From an uncultured Lentisphaeria bacterium (GTDB lineage: Bacteria; Verrucomicrobiota; Lentisphaeria; JABSQK01; JAJFLO01): a stretch of 32,000 nt of DNA. The notes under the pieces are model-generated. The model worked only from the letters and a program-made list of their open reading frames with translations, was not told where the DNA came from and ran no database searches. The stretch lies in the NCBI GenBank assembly GCA_951812855.1, contig CATOSW010000001.1, positions 1 to 32,000 on the forward strand, written 5' to 3'. Shown in pieces: positions 26,627 to 32,000 of this stretch. The position numbers were made by a program, and so were the translations under genes. Numbering within the stretch: the stretch's first letter is position 1; the number at the start of each line of letters is the position of its first letter.

Positions 26627-29554
26627 ATGAAAGATGGTCCTCTCTCCCGGTTCCTGAGCACGTTCCTCCTGAAAATGGTTCCCTTGATGTTCCTGCTCGC
26701 GACTGCCGAGCCTCTGGCACAGACGCCACCCTTTTGCGAGGGTAGCGGCATCGGGGTCGCCTTGCTGGCCAGCCCTTCCGTCGCCGAGGTGGGAGACCGG
26801 GTCGTCTACGACGTCGAGGTGACCAACACCGTGCCCGGGACTTGTGACGCCTCCGATGTCCGAGTCACCATTGAATTGCCCGACGGCCGGGCGCTCGAGA
26901 ACAAGACCCTGCGAGAGCTGGCCGCCTATTCGGCCTCCGTCCAATTTCGGGACGGCATTGGCGCCTCCCTCCGAGCCCTCCCCGAGTCGGTTTGGGACAC
27001 TCATCCTTCCTTAACCGAAAACCGCCTGGATTTCGGCACCGCGATCCGGTTTTCGGATATTCGCTTCAACCAAGAGTTGGAGCCTCCCTCCAACGAGGAA
27101 CGCCTGGCCAATCCACTGGTGGATTTGTATGTCATTCGCTCCGAGGATGTGCTCGAGGGAGAGGAGGACTCAAGGGGCACCGCCAGGGCCTTGGTGAACG
27201 CTCGCATCGAACACAGCGCCTCGGCAAGTCGAGGCGGCGGTCAGCAGCCGGTCTCCTTCACTGTTCGGGAACCCGGTTTGCGGGTGACCCTGGAATGTGT
27301 CGACACTCCGGAGGGACCGGAAACGGTCCGTTACACGGGCCGGGTGGAAAACACGGGAACGACTCCATTGAGCGAGGTGGGCGCCGTGGTCGAAGTCGCG
27401 GGACAGACCTTCCCGGTCCTTGAGGACCTGACCCTCGCCACAGGCCAAGGGGTGGCCTTCACGACGGACGTTCTGGCACGCAACCCGTGCGCCGAGTCCC
27501 AGGCCCTTGTCCGGGCGCGCGCCTCCGGCCCACCGAAGGAACCGGTTCACGTGATCGGTCAGGTGCAACCCGTCAACACACAAACCGTTCTCGAACGGAC
27601 GGCGAGCGCCCAATGCCCGGCGCAGGCCCAACCGGGGCTGGAATTGGAAGTCACCTGCGCCGACGGACCCGCGAGGGCGGATCGGATTTTGAGTTACACG
27701 GGCACGGTCATCAACACAGGGCAGATCGCTTTGACCCAGGTGCGGCTGATCAACCCCACCCTTCCCGGTCAAGTGAGGTTCGACGGGGGAGAGAATTCGG
27801 TGGCCCGCTTGGCGCCGGGGGACTCGGTCGCCTTCACCTACCTCGCCGCCGCCTCCAAAGCCGGGCCCGCCTGTGGCCTCCGAACCACGTTTTCAGCCCA
27901 AGGCCTCAGTCCTTGCACCGAAACGCCGGTGGCGTCGGCACCCAAAACCCTGGAGTGTCCCCTGCCATCCAACGCGGCGGTCTCCTTGAACGGCGCTTGC
28001 CCGGACCGTCCGGTGCCCCCAGGTTCTGTGCTGGTCACTCAAGGGAGCGTGACCAACACCGGCGGCACGGTCTTAACCCACGTGGTGGTCACGAGAACCG
28101 ACGTGTTGGTTTCGGGGACCTTCCCGCTCCTACCCTCGGGGCCGCCGCTGCTTCGAAGACCGCTGGATCCCACCGTGGTGGCCCAATTCCCAGTCTTACG
28201 CCCCGGTGAGACCCGTACCTTCACCGCCCGCTTGAAGGTGGAGCCCAATTGTTGCGCGACGCGGCAGACGCTGCGGGTGAAGGCCAAGGACACCTGCGGG
28301 GGCGAGATCCAGGATCACCGGACTCTGCTCTGCCCGGTGGCGACAAACCCAGCGTTACAGTTGACCCGGGAATGCCCAAAGGAACCGATCACTCTCGGGG
28401 AGCCGTTGCCTTATTCGGGAACGGTCAGAAACGCCGGCGATATCACTCTAACTGATGTCGTCGTGTACGACAGTGTCCAAGGGTTGGGGAAAGTGCTGCT
28501 GGGTCCGATCGCGCTGGCACCAGGAGAAACCCGGACCTTCGAAGCTTCCGACGAGGCGTCCGTGGTCCGCTGTGAGGGAACGCTCCTGGTGGCCCAAGGC
28601 CAGAGTCTGTGCGGCCAACAAAGGGCGCGAACCGAGTTGGCTTTAAACTGTCCGGTGTTGGCGACGCCGCGGATTGAATTGATGACCCTGTGCCCCAAGG
28701 ACCCTCTGGTTCCGGGAACCGAGGCGACCTTCTCGGGCTTGGTCCGAAACACGGGAGAGAGCCTGATTCGGGACTTTAAGGCGAGGAGCGAGTTTTTCCT
28801 GTTCACCACACTCTTGGGGAGCGTTCAGGTCGCCGACTCCGGTCCGGTGGACTTGCCGCCCGGCGCCGAACACCGGTTTGATTTCACGTTCACGCCCCCG
28901 GCCGAAGTCGGCGAGTGCTGTGAACTAGTGGTCCAACTGGTCGGGCAAGGCAAAGACACCTGTTCTGGGGCCAGTGTCTCGGCCAGCGCCACGGCGGTGT
29001 GTCCTCTGGAGAACCGGGCCGATATCGGGGTCCGTCTCGACTGTCCGAGCGAGCTCGCGCTCGCCGTGGGGGGAGAGATTCGTTACACGGGCGAACTCAT
29101 CAATTCGGGAAACCTGACGCTGACCGATGTCCGAGTGCGGGCCAATCGCGAGGATTCGGAACAGGAGGTGGTCGATTCGTTCACGCTCGCACCGGGGGAA
29201 GTCGAGCGGTTTGAGTTTTTCATGGCGGGAACCGACTCTTCGGCTCCGGTCGTGGTGACGGCCACGGGAACGGACAGCTGTGACCAAGCCACAGTCACGA
29301 CGACCGCCGAGTGCGAGGCTCGCCGTGAAACCGCGGGGCGCCGCGCATCGGTGTCGGTGGACGCGGGCTGGGTTCGCCTCCGCTGGAGCACCCAACCCGG
29401 AGGCGTTTACCGCGTGCAGGCTTGCGACCATCTCGGAGACAGTCGTTGGACCGATGTCGGGGAAGTGTTTGTGGCCGACGGGCCACAGTCGGAATGGTCG
29501 CAGGCGATGGATGGGGAGGATTGCCGCTTCTTTCGTCTGGTTCGGGTCCGCTGA
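26627..29554 (+). CDS. Large secreted repeat protein with about 7 DUF11-like (conserved repeat domain) beta-sandwich modules and a distinct C-terminal domain
   Basis: Signal-like start MKDGPLSRFLSTFLLKMVPLMFLLATAEPLAQT (Met at 26627; the track ORF starts at 26576). Recurrent Y(T/S)G.V.N.G...L..V motif: YTGRVENTGTTPLSEV, YTGTVINTGQIALTQV, GSVTNTGGTVLTHV, YSGTVRNAGDITLTDV, FSGLVRNTGESLIRDF, YTGELINSGNLTLTDV. The C-terminus reads WVRLRWSTQPGGVYRVQACDHLGDSRWTDV...CRFFRLVRVR. Confidence 0.8.
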   Translation: MKDGPLSRFLSTFLLKMVPLMFLLATAEPLAQTPPFCEGSGIGVALLASPSVAEVGDRVVYDVEVTNTVPGTCDASDVRVTIELPDGRALENKTLRELAAYSASVQFRDGIGASLRALPESVWDTHPSLTENRLDFGTAIRFSDIRFNQELEPPSNEERLANPLVDLYVIRSEDVLEGEEDSRGTARALVNARIEHSASASRGGGQQPVSFTVREPGLRVTLECVDTPEGPETVRYTGRVENTGTTPLSEVGAVVEVAGQTFPVLEDLTLATGQGVAFTTDVLARNPCAESQALVRARASGPPKEPVHVIGQVQPVNTQTVLERTASAQCPAQAQPGLELEVTCADGPARADRILSYTGTVINTGQIALTQVRLINPTLPGQVRFDGGENSVARLAPGDSVAFTYLAAASKAGPACGLRTTFSAQGLSPCTETPVASAPKTLECPLPSNAAVSLNGACPDRPVPPGSVLVTQGSVTNTGGTVLTHVVVTRTDVLVSGTFPLLPSGPPLLRRPLDPTVVAQFPVLRPGETRTFTARLKVEPNCCATRQTLRVKAKDTCGGEIQDHRTLLCPVATNPALQLTRECPKEPITLGEPLPYSGTVRNAGDITLTDVVVYDSVQGLGKVLLGPIALAPGETRTFEASDEASVVRCEGTLLVAQGQSLCGQQRARTELALNCPVLATPRIELMTLCPKDPLVPGTEATFSGLVRNTGESLIRDFKARSEFFLFTTLLGSVQVADSGPVDLPPGAEHRFDFTFTPPAEVGECCELVVQLVGQGKDTCSGASVSASATAVCPLENRADIGVRLDCPSELALAVGGEIRYTGELINSGNLTLTDVRVRANREDSEQEVVDSFTLAPGEVERFEFFMAGTDSSAPVVVTATGTDSCDQATVTTTAECEARRETAGRRASVSVDAGWVRLRWSTQPGGVYRVQACDHLGDSRWTDVGEVFVADGPQSEWSQAMDGEDCRFFRLVRVR

Positions 29555-29640
29555 CACGCGTGCCCCGGTTCGGGGAGTTGATACCCTCTGGGTGAAAACG
29601 CCGAAGGCCTCTGGAACGCGCCGAGGCGGGGAGGATGTGT

Positions 29641-29799
29641 TTACCCAAAAGTTTCGTCGACTTACCCAAAAGTCTCGTCGGCTTACCCAAAAGTCTCGCC
29701 GACTTACCCAAAAGTTTCGTCGACTTACCCAAAAGTCTCGTCGGCTTACCCAAAAGTCTCGCCGACTTACCCAAAAGTCTTGTCGGCTTACCCAAAAAC
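29641..29799. repeat. Tandem repeat: 21-bp unit TTACCCAAAAGTYTCGYCGRC x 7.5, organised as two identical 63-bp blocks plus a diverged tail
   Basis: Units start at 29641, 29662, 29683, 29704, 29725, 29746, 29767 and 29788 (partial). 29641-29703 is identical to 29704-29766. Confidence 0.97.
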
Positions 29800-30082
29800 C
29801 AAATTAATTCGCGAAAAAAAATGTGTGCCTAGCAGGGTCGGTGTACGAATAAACCGCCAGTCCTTTCCTCCCCCATACCCGTCCCCGGGTACGACGGGTC
29901 GAAGTGCTCCCTTACCTTCCGGGTTCCAGAGGATGGCCGATATCGCCTAGAAAGAGCGAAGATTTCCCTTCAGCCTTGCCATGGGGAACGGTCACGTTAC
30001 TCTCGCTGCCGACATCGATTGTGTCATCGCAACCGGTGCATGAAGTCCTCGGAGTTCATGTCATACAATTACAAATCAGAAA

Positions 30083-30118
30083 GGCCGGATACTGTGTGTG
30101 AGTCCGGCCTTTTCTTTT
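30083..30118 (+). terminator. Hairpin terminator (GGCCGGA...TCCGGCC + T-run), possibly bidirectional
   Basis: GGCCGGA 30083-30089 and TCCGGCC 30103-30109, followed by TTTTCTTTTT. The minus-strand side is followed by TTTCTGATTT. Confidence 0.55.
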
Positions 30119-30119
30119 T

Positions 30120-30700
30120 GGATTCGATTCCGAAACCAATCCGGTGACGACCACGGAATTCGCCATCCCCTGGCGTAGTGGCTTGATTCAGTGCTCCGAG
30201 GGCAAGGAAACGCTGATCCCTCAGGACGGCCAGGATCTGTCGTTCGGCAATCTGAACCCCTGTTTCCACCTTGCCTTGTCCCGGGGTTTGAGAGACCGTG
30301 CGGGAAGAAGGACGACGCAGTAATGATCGGCCATTTCCTGGTCACTGTGGTTGGGGCCCGGTTTGTAACGACAGGGCCGAATCACAGCCGTTTTGGGCTT
30401 GGCCGGCACAACTACCGCCGAAGAAGCGGAAAGCCTCGGTGTGGCCTTTGATCCAAGACGAAGACTGCTCATTGAAAATGGCTTCACCGCTAGTCTCGTT
30501 ACTCGCCCCAGAGCAGCGATGAACAATGATCTCTCTTCCCCGCACCAGACACTTGTGACACGGCCCTTTGCCCTACCTAATCGACGAACAGTTTGTCCCG
30601 GGGGTCGTGATGTTGGCGAATCACCGGCTCGACCTTGCTCGCCCTTTGCCGACAGAGATGGCTGAATTGGTTCAGACCATAACCCTCGGACTAGCGGACC
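30120..30700 (-). mobile_element. IS21-family transposase (istA) remnant, truncated at both ends with several frameshifts
   Basis: Fragments lie in three minus-strand frames: GQTV...CGEERSLFIAALG; CSGASNETSGEAIFNEQSSSWIKGHTEAFRFFGG; AVVVPAKPKTAVIRPCRYKPGPNHSDQEMADHYCVVLLPARSLKPRDKA; ETGVQIAERQILAVLRDQRFLALGALNQA. Together they follow the IstA DDE-domain order. No N-terminal HTH part and no istB are present. Confidence 0.6.
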
Positions 30701-30710
30701 TCCCGATTTG

Positions 30711-31721
30711 CTACGGCCCGCGACTAGGCAGCAATGGCCAGTTCGGGTTAGCTTCTTGTTGTTGCCGTATAGCTTCCTCAGCTTTGCGTTGCATAGCAGG
30801 TGCGATAATCTCGTCTTGGAACTTCCATACGGCTTCAACCCAGCCGTCCTTGGGAATCAAAAACGCCTCCCCAGGTTCCAATGACTCCTCGTGCCAGCCC
30901 TTGTAAGCAAAGGTTGACCCTTTTGGAATGTCCGACGGGTCGACCTCAGCGATGATGCGATCTCGCAAAGCCATAGCTGCCGCCTCAGGCATGTATTCTT
31001 TGGTAGGCCACTGCCGAGACGCATGCAGTTTGTAAACAATGCCTTCAGCGAGATCATGTGCTTTTTCTCCCCAAGTTTCAGGAGGCAACAATTCACCTTT
31101 TCCGTTATAGATTTTCACTGGCACCATTCTGGTGATATGCTGGCCAAATGCATCAAACTGCTCAGTGAATTCCTTTTCCATCCTGATTTCTTCAGGCGGA
31201 TGTTTCGCCGCTTCATGATAATCACCGAGAACCTGAAAAATCCCTGCCACGACGAGCGGATTGTCGTGTCGGTCGTGTTCTTTGAGGATGTGATACAGCT
31301 GCTCAAATCCTTTGCTGAAGCGCCGTTCATTCTCAAAGAACCCCTTCATGAAACCGTGTGCTTTGACGACCGGCCCAAACCTTCGACGGTTCATTCCCCG
31401 CCATGTGCTGGAGTCCTTCGGGTCGTAAAGAGAAGCATCGAACGTCAGGGTAGGATGACGGGTTTCTTTGTAAGGAAAGTTGGCTTTCCAATTGGACAGG
31501 CGCTGGGCTTCCTGCTTGTCATGCGGGCCCTTAATTTGCTCCTTCATCTCCCGCCAAGCCTCGTCGGTGCCCTCAATAGGGCTGGGAACTTCCCTTGCCG
31601 TTTTCTCAAGCGTCGCCACGGGAGCCTCCTTCGCCGGGCGTCTAGGAAACCAAAACCATGTCGAAAGGGCAAGGAGTGTCAGCAAAATGGAGCCCAGCCG
31701 GGAAAGAAATTTTTGTGTCAT
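30711..31721 (-). CDS. Membrane-anchored protein of unknown function (intact paralog of 25172-26338)
   Basis: 336 aa. N-terminal TM helix LGSILLTLLALSTWFWF. Shares the motifs listed for the paralog. The start overlaps the upstream ORF stop (TGATG). Confidence 0.7.
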   Translation of the reverse strand: MTQKFLSRLGSILLTLLALSTWFWFPRRPAKEAPVATLEKTAREVPSPIEGTDEAWREMKEQIKGPHDKQEAQRLSNWKANFPYKETRHPTLTFDASLYDPKDSSTWRGMNRRRFGPVVKAHGFMKGFFENERRFSKGFEQLYHILKEHDRHDNPLVVAGIFQVLGDYHEAAKHPPEEIRMEKEFTEQFDAFGQHITRMVPVKIYNGKGELLPPETWGEKAHDLAEGIVYKLHASRQWPTKEYMPEAAAMALRDRIIAEVDPSDIPKGSTFAYKGWHEESLEPGEAFLIPKDGWVEAVWKFQDEIIAPAMQRKAEEAIRQQQEANPNWPLLPSRGP

Positions 31722-31999
31722 CAGTCTTGGCCTCTCTTTTCTTCCGCCTCATAGGGTTTTCCCTTGGTCTTCGCTCTTAGCTTAGCGGTAAAGTCCGTAA
31801 CTAAAGCCAGTTCCGCCGCTGTGAGGTCACGGCGCGCCCAATAACGCCGCCAAAGACCCGAAGTTTCTGATTTAAGCATTTCCTCGCCGAACCCGAGGAT
31901 GTCTTGGTCTGTGTAATCGTCCTCTTGGGCGGAGAGATAGTAGTAAAAGTTGTCAGGGTTAGGACGCGGAGTGATTTGTAGCCCTTCGCCCTCGACGTA
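31721..31999 (-). CDS. 3' end of an unannotated ORF entering from the right window edge (92 codons + stop)
   Basis: Manual translation of the minus strand from 31999 gives YVEGEGLQITPRPNPDNFYYYLSAQEDDYTDQDILGFGEEMLKSETSGLWRRYWARRDLTAAELALVTDFTAKLRAKTKGKPYEAEEKRGQD*. It is open to the window edge, and its stop overlaps the next ATG. It is absent from the ORF track because it has no start in the window. Confidence 0.5.
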   Translation of the reverse strand, partial: YVEGEGLQITPRPNPDNFYYYLSAQEDDYTDQDILGFGEEMLKSETSGLWRRYWARRDLTAAELALVTDFTAKLRAKTKGKPYEAEEKRGQD

Positions 32000-32000
32000 A

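Noticed and set aside
26450-29557. Minus-strand ORFs of 184-210 aa and plus-strand alternative-frame ORFs (e.g. 27487-28209) inside the DUF11 giant gene
   Set aside because: They are shadow ORFs of a long GC-rich gene. Only the 26576/26627-29554 frame shows the periodic domain motifs.
12083-29703. A 12-nt match (GTCGACTTACCC) between the reverse complement of spacers 8/10 and the junction of the 21-bp tandem units
   Set aside because: A match of 12 nt is about what chance predicts for roughly 450 nt of spacer against both strands of 32 kb. It does not extend further. It is not evidence of self-targeting.
29904-30101. 65-aa plus-strand ORF upstream of the hairpin terminator
   Set aside because: It has no start context or motif, and it lies in a region of IS debris. 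It is probably non-coding.

Overview
GC-rich bacterial window with three blocks. No searches were run; family calls rest on motifs read by eye.

(1) 1-12387, + strand: a type III-B (Cmr) CRISPR-Cas locus.
- Effector genes: the 3' part of cas10/cmr2 (GGDD cyclase motif intact), cmr3, cmr4, cmr5, cmr6 (with an atypical ~140-aa highly charged C-terminal tail) and a cmr1-like RAMP gene.
- Two CARF proteins: a Can2/Card1-like CARF + PD-(D/E)xK nuclease, and an NE0113-like CARF protein with a wHTH-like C-terminus.
- Adaptation and array: cas1, cas2, a leader, and an array of 12 x 37-nt repeats with 11 spacers. One spacer is duplicated and a third overlaps it with a 13-nt offset.
- No cas6 is present in the window.

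(2) 12430 to about 23700: a decayed mobile-element block that begins 43 bp after the last, degenerate CRISPR repeat.
- A lambda-like packaging module (cos-like region, Nu1-like terS, GpA-like terL) occurs twice as diverged ~936-bp inverted arms (12430-13366 and 20693-21628).
- The arms bracket a 7.3-kb segment with a small serine recombinase, SSB, a double-wHTH Rep-like protein and an RHH protein.
- An XRE regulator and two ParB-like genes lie just outside the right arm.
- No head or tail genes are present, and several genes carry frameshifts or nonsense codons.

(3) About 24200-32000: an envelope-type cluster.
- A secreted Pro-rich protein and a ~970-aa secreted protein with about 7 DUF11-like domains joined by regular Cys-Pro...Cys linkers.
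- Two paralogous membrane-anchored proteins of unknown function in inverted orientation, one interrupted by an in-frame TAG at a conserved Tyr.
- A 21-bp x 7.5 tandem array and an IS21 istA remnant.
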